A DNA stretch of 64,000 nucleotides from Eledone cirrhosa (Eukaryota), in assembly GCA_964016885.1 (NCBI GenBank), contig CAXHJY010000422.1, forward strand, positions 1-64,000, given 5' to 3'. A model generated the notes under the pieces. The model ran no database searches. It had not been told where the DNA came from and was given only the letters and a program-made list of their open reading frames with translations. How positions within the stretch are numbered: the first letter of the stretch is position 1; every line of letters starts with the position of its first letter. Shown in pieces: positions 28,101 through 39,670 of this stretch. A program made the position numbers and the translations under genes.

Positions 28101-31100
28101 TGGAGCAACGTGTAATAAAGTGTCTTGCTGAAGGACACAGTGGACTGGAGCAACGTGTAATAAAGTGTCTTGCTGAAGGACACAATGGACTGGAGCAACG
28201 TGTAATAAAGTGTCTTGCTGAAGGACACAGTGGACTGGAGCAACGTGAAGTAAAGTGTCTTGCTCAAGGACACAGTGGGCTGGAGCAACGTGAAATAAAG
28301 TGTCTTGCTGAAGGACACAGTGGACTGGAGCAACGTGAAGTAAAGTGTCTTGCTCAAGGACACAATGGACTGGAGCAACATGTAATAAAGTGTCTTGCTC
28401 AAGGACACAGTGGACTGGAGCAACGTGTAATAAAGTGTCTTGCTGAAGGACACAGTGGACTGGAGCAACGTGAAATAAAGTGTCTTGCTCAAGGACACAG
28501 TGGACTGCAGCAACGTGTAATAAAGTGTCTTGCTGAAGGACACAATGGACTGGAGCAACGTGTAATAAAGTGTCTTGCTGAAGGACACAGTGGACTGGAG
28601 CAACGTGTAATAAAGTGTCTTGCTGAAGGACACAGTGGACTGGAGCAACGTGAAGTAAAGTGTCTTGCTGAAGGACACAGTGGACTGGAGCAACGTGAAG
28701 TATAGTGTCTTGCTCAAGGACACAATGGACTGGAGCAACATGTAATAAAGTGTCTTGCTGAAGGACACAGTGGACTGGAGCAACATGTAATAAAGTGTCT
28801 TGCTGAAGGACACAATGGACTGGAGCAATGTGAAATAAAGTGTCTTGCTGAAGGACACAATGGACTGGAGCAACGTGAAGTAAAGTGTCTTGCTCAAGGA
28901 CACAATGGACTGGAGCAACGTGAAGTAAAGTGTCTTGCTCAAGGGCACAGTGGACTGGAGCAACGTGTAATAAAGTGTCTTGCTGAAGGACACAATGGAC
29001 TGGAGCAACGTGAAGTAAAGTGTCTTGCTCAAGGACACAGTGGACTGGAGCAACGTGTAATAAAGTGTCTTGCTGAAGGACACAATGGACTGGAGCAACG
29101 TGAAGTAAAGTGTCTTGCTGAAGGACACAGTGGACTGGAGCAACGTGTAATAAAGTGTCTTGCTGAAGGACACAATGGACTGGAGCAACGTGAAGTAAAG
29201 TGTCTTGCTGAAGGACACAGTGGACTGGAGCAACGTGTAATAAAGTGTCTTGCTGAAGGACACAGTGGACTGGAGCAACGTGTAATAAAGTGTCTTTCTG
29301 AAGGACACAATGGACTGGAGCAACGTGTAATAAAGTGTCTTGCTGAAGGACACAGTGGACTGGAGCAACATGTAATAGAGTGTCTTGCTGAAGGACACAG
29401 TGGACTGGAGCAACGTGTAATAAAGTGTCTTTCTGAAGGACACAATGGACTTGAGCAACGTGTAATAAAGTGTCTTGCTCAAGGACACAGTGGACTGGAG
29501 CAATGTGTAATAAAGTGTCTTGCTGAAGGACACAATGGACTGGAGCAACATGTAATAAAGTGTCTTGCTGAAGGACACAATGGACTGGAGCAACGTGTAA
29601 TAAAGTGTCTTGCTGAAGGACACAATGGACTGGAGCAACGTGTAATAAAGTGTCTTTCTGAAGGACACAATGGACTGGAGCAACATGTAATAAAGTGTCT
29701 TGCTCAAGGACACAATGGACTGGAGCAACGTGTAATAAAGTGTCTTTCTGAAGGACACAATGGACTGGAGCAACATGTAATAGAGTGTCTTGCTGAAGGA
29801 CACAATGGACTGGAGCAACGTGTAATAAAGTGTCTTTCTGAAGGACACAATGGACTGGAGCAACGTGTAATAAAGTGTCTTTCTGAAGGACACAGTGGAC
29901 TGGAGCAACATGTAATAGAGTGTCTTGCTGAAGGACACAATGGACTGGAGCAACGTGTAATAAAGTCTCTTGCTGAAGGACACAATGGACTGGAGCAACG
30001 TGAAGTAAAGTGTCTTGCTGAAGGACACAGTGGACTGGAGCAACGTGTAATAAAGTGTCTTGCTGAAGGACACAATGGACTGGAGCAACGTGAAGTAAAG
30101 TGTCTTGCTGAAGGACACAGTGGACTGGAGCAACGTGTAATAAAGTGTCTTGCTGAAGGACACAATTGACTGGAGCAACGTGTAATAAAGTGTCTTGCTC
30201 AAGGACACAGTGGACTGGAGCAACGTGTAATAAAGTGTCTTGCTCAAGGACACAATGGACTGGAGCAACGTGTAATAAAGTGTCTTGCTGAAGGACACAA
30301 TTGACTGGAGCAACGTGTAATAAAGTGTCTTGCTGAAGGACACAATTGACTGGAGCAACGTGTAATAAAGTGTCTTGCTGAAGGACACAATTGACTGGAG
30401 CAACGTGTAATAAAGTGTCTTGCTCAAGGACACAATTGACTGGAGCAACGTGTAATAAAGTGTCTTGCTGAAGGACACAATTGACTGGAGCAACGTGTAA
30501 TAAAGTGTCTTGCTCAAGGACACAGTGGACTGGAGCAACGTGTAATAAAGTGTCTTGCTCAAGGACACAATGGACTGGAGCAACGTGTAATAAAGTCTCT
30601 TGCTGAAGGACACAATGGACTGGAGCAACATGTAATAAAGTGTCTTGCTCAAGGACACAATGGACTGGAGCAACGTGTAATAAAGTGTCTTGCTGAAGGA
30701 CACAATTGACTGGAGCAACATGTAATAAAGTGTCTTGCTGAAGGACACAATTGACTGGAGCAACGTGTAATAAAGTGTCTTGCTGAAGGACACAATTGAC
30801 TGGAGCAACGTGTAATAAAGTGTCTTGCTCAAGGACACAATTGACTGGAGCAACGTGTAATAAAGTGTCTTGCTCAAGGACACAATTGACTGGAGCAACG
30901 TGTAATAAAGTGTCTTGCTGAAGGACACAATTGACTGGAGCAACGTGTAATAAAGTGTCTTGCTGAAGGACACAATTGACTGGAGCAACGTGTAATAAAG
31001 TGTCTTGCTCAAGGACACAATTGACTGGAGCAACGTGTAATAAAGTGTCTTGCTGAAGGACACAATTGACTGGAGCAACGTGTAATAAAGTGTCTTGCTC

Positions 31101-32685
31101 AAGGACACAATTGACTGGAGCAACGTGTAATAAAGTGTCTTGCTCAAGGACACAATTGACTGGAGCAACGTGTAATAAAGTGTCTTGCTGAAGGACACAA
31201 TTGACTGGAGCAACGTGTAATAAAGTGTCTTGCTCAAGGACACAATGGACTGGAGCAACATGTAATAAAGTGTCTTGCTGAAGGACACAATTGACTGGAG
31301 CAACGTGTAATAAAGTGTCTTGCTGAAGGACACAATTGACTGGAGCAACGTGTAATAAAGTGTCTTGCTCAAGGACACAGTGGACTGGAGCAACGTGTAA
31401 TAAAGTGTCTTGCTCAAGGACACAATGGACTGGAGCAACGTGTAATAAAGTGTCTTGCTCAAGGACACAATGGACTGGAGCAACGTGTAATAAAGTGTCT
31501 TGCTCAAGGACACAATTGACTGGAGCAACATGTAATAAAGTGTCTTGCTGAAGGACACAATTGACTGGAGCAACGTGTAATAAAGTGTCTTGCTGAAGGA
31601 CACAATTGACTGGAGCAACGTGTAATAAAGTGTCTTGCTCAAGGACACAATTGACTGGAGCAACATGTAATAAAGTGTCTTGCTGAAGGACACAATTGAC
31701 TGGAGCAACGTGTAATAAAGTGTCTTGCTCAAGGACACAATTGACTGGAGCAACGTGTAATAAAGTGTCTTGCTCAAGGACACAGTGGACTGGAGCAACG
31801 TGTAATAAAGTGTCTTGCTCAAGGACACAATGGACTGGAGCAACGTGTAATAAAGTGTCTTGCTCAAGGACACAATGGACTGGAGCAACGTGTAATAAAG
31901 TGTCTTGCTGAAGGACACAATTGACTGGAGCAACGTGTAATAAAGTGTCTTGCTGAAGGACACAATTGACTGGAGCAACGTGTAATAAAGTGTCTTGCTC
32001 AAGGACACAATGGACTGGAGCAACGTGTAATAAAGTGTCTTGCTCAAGGACACAGTGGACTGGAGCAACGTGTAATAAAGTGTCTTGCTGAAGGACACAA
32101 TTGACTGGAGCAACGTGTAATAAAGTGTCTTGCTCAAGGACACAGTGGACTGGAGCAACGTGTAATAAAGTGTCTTGCTGAAGGACACAATTGACTGGAG
32201 CAACGTGTAATAAAGTGTCTTGCTGAAGGACACAATTGACTGGAGCAACGTGTAATAAAGTGTCTTGCTCAAGGACACAATGGACTGGAGCAACGTGTAA
32301 TAAAGTGTCTTGCTGAAGGACACAATTGACTGGAGCAACGTGTAATAAAGTGTCTTGCTCAAGGACACAGTGGACTGGAGCAACGTGTAATAAAGTGTCT
32401 TGCTGAAGGACACAATTGACTGGAGCAACGTGTAATAAAGTGTCTTGCTGAAGGACACAATTGACTGGAGCAACGTGTAATAAAGTGTCTTGCTCAAGGA
32501 CACAATGGACTGGAGCAACGTGTAATAAAGTGTCTTGCTCAAGGACACAGTGGACTGGAGCAACGTGTAATAAAGTGTCTTGCTCAAGGACACAATTGAC
32601 TGGAGCAACGTGTAATAAAGTGTCTTGCTCAAGGACACAGTGGACTGGAGCAACGTGTAATAAAGTGTCTTGCTGAAGGACACAA
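10189..32685. repeat. 45-bp satellite, about 500 copies
   Basis: Unit actggagcaacgtgtaataaagtgtcttgctgaaggacacartgg; length/45 is about 500; the uninterrupted 7502-codon minus frame shows no frameshifting indels. Confidence 0.98.
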
Positions 32686-32702
32686 CACAAGGCTCAGTCT
32701 GA

Positions 32703-32756
32703 GAATCGAACTGACAACCTCACAATTGTAAACCCGATGCTGTAACCATTGAGCCA
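32703..32756 (-). promoter_or_regulatory. Type-2 RNA Pol III internal promoter (A and B boxes) of the SINE head, pointing into the satellite
   Basis: Minus strand A box TGGCTCAATGG (32756-32746) and B box GTTCGATTC (32711-32703) match consensus. Confidence 0.7.
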
Positions 32757-32769
32757 TGTTGTGCCTTCA

Positions 32770-32783
32770 CATATATATAAACA

Positions 32784-32814
<31 letters not shown>

Positions 32815-33160
32815 GTATGTGGGTGTATATATATATGTGTGTGTGTGTATATATAGGTGCGTGTGCATATGTGTATGTGTGCATATATGTGTGTGCATAC
32901 GTGTGTATGTGTGTGTGTGTATATGTGTGTGTGTATATGTGTCTGTGTGTGCATATGTGTGTGTGTGTATATATGTGTGTGTGTGTGTATATATGTGTGT
33001 GTGTGTATATATATATGTGTGTGTGTATATAGATATAGAGAGAGATAGGTGTGTAGTGTATATATATATATATATGTAGTGTGTATATATATATATATAT
33101 GTAGTGTGTATATATATGTAGTGTGTGTATATATGTAGTGTACGTATATATATATACATA
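32770..33160. repeat. (TG)n/(TA)n microsatellite
   Basis: Direct reading. Confidence 0.9.
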
Positions 33161-33163
33161 CCT

Positions 33164-33477
33164 GGAGGCACATGGCTTAGTGGTTAGAGCATTGGCCTTG
33201 CAATCGAAAGGTTGTGAGTTCAATTCTCAGACCGGGTGATGTGTTGTTTCCTTGAGCAAGACACTTTATTTCACATTGCTCCAGTTTACTCAGCTGTAGA
33301 AATGAGATGCCAGGGACTGGGGACCCTATCATTCCACTGCAAAAAAGCACCCAGCACTCACTGTAAATGAGGTTGGTGTTAGGAAGGGCATCCAGCTGTA
33401 GAGATGGAGCCAGAATCAGTTCCCGTCCCACCCTTGCAAGCAGGGAAAAGTGGACGTGAAATGATGATGATGATGAT
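33164..33477 (+). mobile_element. Full-length tRNA-derived SINE with RTE-derived 3' tail
   Basis: A box TGGCTTAGTGG 33173-33183, B box GTTCAATTC about 33218, central ccttgagcaagacacttt, tail ggttggtgttaggaagggcatcca shared with the RTE 3' UTR (about 4640), ends (ATG)n; possible TSD atacctg. Confidence 0.88.
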
Positions 33478-34024
33478 ACCTGTGTATCCATGTGTATTTA
33501 TGCCTGTTTGTGTGTCTGTGCTTGTTTAGGTATGTATGTGTTAAGCAAAGGTAATCAGGTGTATATACATATACACCTGCAATGTATATATACATCCTCA
33601 ACAGAACCCCCCCCCTCAATGTGTGACCAATGTGTGTGTGTGTGGGGGGGGTACAATAAGGGCAATGCCACTCACCTGTCGTGCAATCTTTCCACGTGAC
33701 TGCACACCCTAAGTGCAGTGTGTGCTGCATGCAACAGTTATCTCCTCCTCCATTAATACACAGGGTTTCATGGAAATATGTGTCTGGCAGTACAACTGTT
33801 GGTTGTTAGACATTGTTTTGGGGAGGGGTGATGGTGGTGTTGTGGTGGTGTAGGTGGTGGTACAGGTAGTGGTGTAGGTGGTGGTACAGGTGGTGGTACA
33901 GGTGGTGTAGGTGGTGGTACAGGTGGTGGTACAGGTGGTGGTACAGGTGTGTTAATGAAGTGAACATGATCACATTTATAATATTTCTCTAGTTACTACA
34001 ATAACACTTGGACTGATACTACAT

Positions 34025-34763
34025 TTACCTCTCTACCTCTCTCTCTACCTCATCTCATCCCTCTCTCTCTCTCTCTCTACCGCTCTCTCTCTACCGCTCT
34101 CTCTCTACCTCTACCTCTCTTTCTCTCTCTCTACCTCTCTCTCTCTCTCTCTCTACCTCTCTACCTCTCTCTCTCTACACTCCTCTCTCTACCTCCCTAT
34201 ACCCCTCTCTACCTCCCTCTACCCCTCTCTCTCTACACCCCTCTCCACCTCCCTCTACCTCTCTCTCTACCTCCCTCTAACTCTCTCTCTACCGCTCTAT
34301 CTCTCTCTCTCTACCTCTCTCTCTACCTCATCTCTCTACCTCTCTCTCTCTACCCCCTCTCTCTCTACCTCCATCTCTACCTCTCTACCTCTCTCTCTAC
34401 CCCTCTCTCTCTCTACCTCTCTCTCTACCTCCCTCCACCTCTCTCTCTACCTCCCTCTACCTCCATCTCTACCTCTCTATCTACCTCTCTATCTCTCTCT
34501 CTACCTCATCTCTCTACCACTCTCTACCTCATCTCTCTACCTCTCTCTCTACCGCTCTCTCTCTCTCTACTGCTCTCTCTCTCTACCTCTCTCTCTCTCT
34601 CTACCTCTCTCTACCTCTATGAACCCCTCTCTCTCTACCTCTATGAACCCCTCTCTCTCTCTCCCTACCTCTCTCTACCTCTCCCTCTCTCCCTACCTCT
34701 CTCTCTCCCTCCCTCTCTCTACCTCTCTCTCCCTCCCTCTCTGTCTCCCTCTTCTTCTCTCTC
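34025..34763. repeat. Polypyrimidine (CT)n/CTAC degenerate microsatellite
   Basis: Direct reading. Confidence 0.9.
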
Positions 34764-34779
34764 AAATCCTGCTGAAGTT

Positions 34780-34900
34780 AGCTTTACTTTTCATTTTTAC
34801 GGGGTCAATAAAATAAGGTACCAGTAATGTACTGGAATCAATTTAATCGACTTTACCCTCTCCCTGAATTGTTAGCCTTGTGCCTAAATTAGAAATCATT
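34780..34900 (+). mobile_element. SINE 3' fragment with Nin-domain-like motif
   Basis: tttcat...acggggtcaataaaataaggtaccagtaatgtactgg...gccttgtgcctaaa; related copies at 35192-35260, 46024-46087, 46098-46185; the Nin assignment is from memory of the family. Confidence 0.6.
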
Positions 34901-35277
34901 AAATATATATATATGTGTGTCTGATGGTAGCTAAGATGCTTCCATAGGCGGTATGCCGGTTGAGCACTCTATGCTCGAGCAGAGCAGAGTATGATATAAT
35001 AGAAAACCAAAAATCAGTGATGCATCTGAACTGTATTGTGTGTTACAATTGTTTGGCCGGCAGACAGCTGGAGATGCGGTCATTGTGTGGATCTGTCTGA
35101 TTCTGGACCCGCAGGTTCGACGGACACGTCTAATGATTGCGGAGCAAATTCTTTCAAAGAATTTGCTCCGAAATCATTAGACGTATCTGTCTAAAATAAA
35201 GCACCAGTAATGGACTGGGGTCGATGTAATCGATTTTGCCCTCCCCAAAAGTTGCCTAAAGTATATATATATATATA

Positions 35278-35446
35278 GTTTACGTCCACTTTTCCCTGCT
35301 TGCAAGGGTGGGACGGGAACTGATGCTGGCTCCATCTCTACAGCTGGATGCCCTTCCTAACACCAACCTCATTTACAGTGAGTGCTGGGTGCTTTGTTGC
35401 CGTGGCACCTCCACGACCACTTTACAGTGGAATGATAGGGACCCCA
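35278..35446 (-). mobile_element. 3' half of the 33164-type SINE
   Basis: Reverse complement of about 33320-33460 and 46528-46692. Confidence 0.85.
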
Positions 35447-35819
35447 TAGATAGAAAACCGATTGTTTTCAAACTTTACACATGTAATACATATGGTCCTG
35501 TGAGAGTTTCCAATGCCCCAGGGACCACATTAGGCAATTTAACGATCTCTCTCTATAATTCTTAAGTCTTTCTTTTTAGATAGATACATAGATATAATGT
35601 TGCACCCTTATAATATCTGTCTGTATGTCTGGCTGTCTGCATTACGACAATATGACACTATCTGTGTCTGTGTGTATATATGTATATATAGTGTGTGTGT
35701 ATATATGTATATATAGTGTGTGTGTGTATATATGTATATATAGTGAGTGTATATATATATATATATAGTTTGAAATGTTTTTCGAAATATTTACTTCTGC
35801 GTTCAGATTGATTTTTTTT

Positions 35820-35870
35820 AGTTTCAGAAGATCCCGTTAAGGGTGAAAGCAGCGATTCTTTGCTTAAACT
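35820..35870 (+). ncRNA. Hammerhead-like motif with variant core (CAGAAGA)
   Basis: agttt-CAGAAGA-t.ccc/ggg.t-GAAA-gca/tgc-TT-aaact; 5'-clipped copy at 46202-46250. Confidence 0.5.
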
Positions 35871-35881
35871 TTAATCTGTTA

Positions 35882-35917
<36 letters not shown>

Positions 35918-36035
35918 TATATTTGTGTACAGATATTTTTGCATACACAATAACAAAATATAAACAAACGTATTTATTTCACGAGGCTCGATAAGGATAA
36001 ATATATATGAGATATATAAGAACCCTAGAGCAAAT

Positions 36036-36064
36036 CCCGAGCAACGCCGGGCCATTCTGCTAGT
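36036..36064 (+). mobile_element. Helitron-like 3' terminus
   Basis: GC hairpin cccg-agcaacgc-cggg, then 8 nt, then CTAG followed by T. Confidence 0.55.
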
Positions 36065-36480
36065 ATATTATATATATATATGAGATAAAGTGTTTACCGT
36101 GAAAATATGATAGTAAATATAGAGTAATTAAAGGGTTAAATATGCGAGTCCCTGGTTCAGTCGCGGATACACCACATTTCTAGTCCGGTAGAAGTCATTT
36201 CTATATTAAACTTCACATATTCTCTTTTACCTGTTCCAGCCAACCGGCTGAGGCCATGCTGGGGCATATATATTTTTCTTTTTTTGACACAATATAATGT
36301 CAATATGATATATATATGTCTGTTGTGACATGATATATACCATGTCAATCATGTCATAATAATCCATATATATATACTGTCCTGTTTGTATCATATGTAT
36401 CAATATATATGCTATATATAGATATATACACATACACTATGACTATCACATCATAATATATATACTATGTCTATCATGTC

Positions 36481-36526
<46 letters not shown>

Positions 36527-36547
36527 GTATATTTACCTATCTATATC

Positions 36548-36578
<31 letters not shown>

Positions 36579-36582
36579 GATG

Positions 36583-36633
36583 AGATTCTACAGGACTAAA
36601 ACTGTTTCATTCATTAGAAATCATCAGGAATCA
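36583..36633 (-). ncRNA. Mirror-image hammerhead motif in the left arm of the palindrome
   Basis: Exact reverse complement of 36635-36684. Confidence 0.65.
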
Positions 36634-36684
36634 GGATTCCTGATGATTTCTAATGAATGAAACAGTTTTAGTCCTGTAGAATCT
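36634..36684 (+). ncRNA. Type I hammerhead ribozyme motif (Penelope-like remnant)
   Basis: ggattc-CTGATGA-t.ttc/gaa.t-GAAA-cag/ctg-TA-gaatct: all three stems pair, GUA cleavage triplet. Confidence 0.7.
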
Positions 36685-36771
36685 CATCTATATTAAAACT
36701 TTTATACTCTGCTATGTATTGAGTACCTTACTTACTGTGGTTACCTCCGATTCAACCCGGAATAAAGTATA

Positions 36772-36832
<61 letters not shown>

Positions 36833-37096
36833 TATATATTCTGTGTATCACATCATAATATGTAAGAATCTGTAATAAAAGAAATGTAAGTGTTGTAATT
36901 AATGTTGAGACCAATTAGTACCGTCTACCAAATTACCGATGTCTATTATAATGGAATCTGATAAAAACCAAAACACACCGAACAATCTAAAGTCAGTTAT
37001 AAATTCTCCATAGAACTTTGAATATTATTCTTTGATCATTATTGATTGATTCTTATGAGTTATTCTTAATGTTTGGGAGATGTACATGTCTGAGAT

Positions 37097-38300
37097 TGTG
37101 TGGTGTAGTGGTGTGGTGGTGTGGTGGTGTGGTGGTGGTGATGTGGTGGTGGGGTGGTGGTGGTGGTGTGGTGGTGGTGGTGTAGTGGTGTGGTGGTGTG
37201 GTGGTGGTGATGGTGTGGTGGTGGTGTAGTGGTGTGGTGGTGTGGTGGTGGTGATGTGGTGGTGGGGTGGTGGTGGTGGTGTAGTGGTGTGGTGGTGTGG
37301 TGGTGGTGATGGTGTGGTGGTGGGGTGGGGGTGGTGTAGTGGTGTGATGGTGGGGTGGTGGGGTGGTGGTGGTGTGGTGGTGTGGTGGTGTGGTGGTGGT
37401 GATGTGGTGGTGGGGTGGTGGTGGTGGTGTGGTGGTGGTGGTGTAGTGGTGTGGTGGTGTGGTGATGTGGTGGTGGGGTGGTGGTGGTGGTGTAGTGGTG
37501 TGGTGGTGTGGTGGTGGTGATGGTGTGGTGGTGGGGTGCTGGTGGTGTGGTGGTGGTGATGGTGTGGTGGTGTGGTGGTGGGGTGGTGGTGATGTGGTGG
37601 TGGGGTGGTGGTGGTGTAGTGGTGGTGGTGATGGTGTGGTGGTGGGGTGGTGGTGATGTTGTGGTGGGGTGGTGGTGGTGTGGTGGTGGTGATGGTGTGG
37701 TGGTGGGGTGGTGGTGGTGGGGTGGTGGTGGTGTGGTGGTGGTGATGTGGTGGTGGGGTGGTGGTGGTGGTGTGGTGGTGGTGGTGTAGTGGTGTGGTGG
37801 TGGGGCGGGGTGGTGGTGGGGCAGTGGTGGTGATGTGGATGTGGATGTGGTGGTGGGGCAGTGGTGGTGTGGGGGGCAGTGGTGGGGTGTGGTGGTGGTG
37901 GTGGTGTGGTGGAGATATGGTGGTGGTTGTGGTGGTGGTGTGGTGGTGGTGTGGTGGTGTGGTGGTGTGGTGGTGGTGTGGAGATATGGTGGTGGTTGTG
38001 GTGGTGGTGTGGTGGTGGTGGTGGTGGTGTGGTGGAGATATGGTGGTGGTGTGGTGGTGGTGGTGTGGTGGAGACATGGTGGTGGTTGTGGTGGTGGTGT
38101 GGTGGTGGTGGTGGTGGTGTGGTGGTGATGTGGTGGAGACATGGTGGTGGTGTGGTGGAGACATGGTGGTGGTGTGGTGGTGGTGTAGTTGTAGTGATAA
38201 TGGTGGTGTTGGTGGTGTGTGCGGTGGTAGTGTGGTGGTGGTGTAGTTGTAGTGATAATGGTGGTGGTGGTGGTGTGTGGTGTGTAGGCTGGGGTGGGGT
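37097..38300. repeat. Degenerate (GGT)n/(GGTGT)n G-rich repeat
   Basis: Direct reading; short continuation at 38420-38504. Confidence 0.9.
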
Positions 38301-38799
38301 GTTAACTCTTTACATATTTCTGCCATGAAGTCACACACCTCCCCCCTCACCTCCCAATGATATTCTCTATTCTACTCTGTAATTACCTCCAATAACAACC
38401 AGCACAATACATCGAAGACTGTGGTGGTGTAGTGGTGGTGGTGGTGGGGTGGTGGTGGTGTGGTGGTGTGGTGGTGGTGGTGGTGGTGGTGGTGGTGGTG
38501 GTGTATCCCACCCCTTCCCCCACATTATATCCTTAACCCCTCTCTCTATTCCACTCCTCTCCCACCCTCCCCACACCTGCCCACCCCTATCTACTCCCAC
38601 CTCTCCTCCCGCATAAGTTTAAATTAAACGCTCCATCCATGCCCTCCCTGTTGGAATAACTAAAAAGGAAAAAAATATTTACAAAATTGAGACGTGTAAT
38701 AAATGTGTCACTAAAATATTTGGCTCATCATCACCATGACTACCACCATGAATACCATCATCACCATGACTACCACTATAATGATAATGATCACCATCA

Positions 38800-38870
38800 T
38801 CACCATCATCATCATCATCATTGTTTAAGGTCCACTTTCCCTGCTAGGGTTAGACAGGTCTACACAGACC
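38800..38870 (-). mobile_element. RTE/SINE 3' tail remnant
   Basis: (CAT)n then gtttaaggtccactttccctgc, matching the reverse complement of the SINE tail. Confidence 0.55.
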
Positions 38871-38953
38871 AAGTCAGTAGTGAAGTGGGGCTACTGCCCT
38901 CCCACACAAGCCAGGGAATCTATCGTCTCACATCCTCTCAAGTACACTGGTGT

Positions 38954-39365
38954 GGTTGTCCTGTCTTTGACACAACTGAAGGGTCCTTCCAAGGGGAGGT
39001 TGTCATGTGACACAACTGAAGGGTCCTTCCAAGGGGAGGTTGTCCTGTCTTTGACACAACTGAAGGGTCCTTCCAAGGGGAGGTTGTCATGTGACACAAC
39101 TGAAGGGTCCTTCCAAGGGGAGGTTGTCATGTGACACAACTGAAGGGTCCTTCCAAGGTGTGGTTGTCGTGTGACACAACTGAAGGGTCCTTCCAAGGGG
39201 AGGTTGTCATGTGACACAACTGAAGGGTCCTTCCAAGGGGAGGTTGTCCTGTCTTTGACACAACTGAAGGGTCCTTCCAAGGGGAGGTTGTCATGTGACA
39301 CAACTGAAGGGTCCTTCCAAGGGGAGGTTGTCCTGTCTTTGACACAACTGAAGGGTCCTTCCAAA
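38954..39365. repeat. 40/44-bp minisatellite (about 10 copies)
   Basis: gacacaactgaagggtccttccaaggggaggttgtc followed by atgt or ctgtcttt. Confidence 0.92.
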
Positions 39366-39670
39366 CCCTAACGTATACTAAATGTCTGTGGAATGAAATA
39401 ATGGAGGGAAGACATAGAAAGACATGGCTGCTGCTGATGGAAGAGAGAAATAGAAATTTGGGGGAGGGGGGAGAAGACAATGGGGGAGGGGGGAGCAGTT
39501 TGTCATGGGACACCCCCCCCCCCCCTCCCAGTTGCCATGGGACACCCCCTCCTCCCAGTTGCCATGGGTCACCCCCTCCTCCCCTAATTTAGCAGAGAAA
39601 GTGGCTTTAAAATACCTGTTGGTGTCTCATTTGTCATCTAACACTTTTCTATGGTGGGTTCAGTTAGATG

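Larger units (their letters stand above)
10115..32768 (-). mobile_element. tRNA-derived SINE whose central domain has expanded into a 22.5-kb satellite
   Basis: Head at 32686-32768 with A and B boxes; body resumes at 10188-10115 (ctccagtttacgcagctgtagaa on minus, matching ctccagtttactcagctgtagaa in the 33164 SINE). Confidence 0.85.

Noticed and set aside
10175-32683. 7502-aa ORF (and the 2238-aa and 1985-aa overlapping ORFs) as real giant proteins
   Set aside because: A 45-bp unit is a multiple of 3 and lacks stops in this frame; the ORF starts at GTG inside the repeat, has no unique domain and derives from a non-coding SINE
33164-33240. tRNA gene (also 46372 and 32700-32768)
   Set aside because: A/B boxes are present but there is no acceptor stem, and the sequence runs straight into SINE body
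37025-38350. His/Pro/Thr-rich and other low-complexity ORFs (also YIYI, HHTTP, VVWCG types)
   Set aside because: Translations of simple repeats
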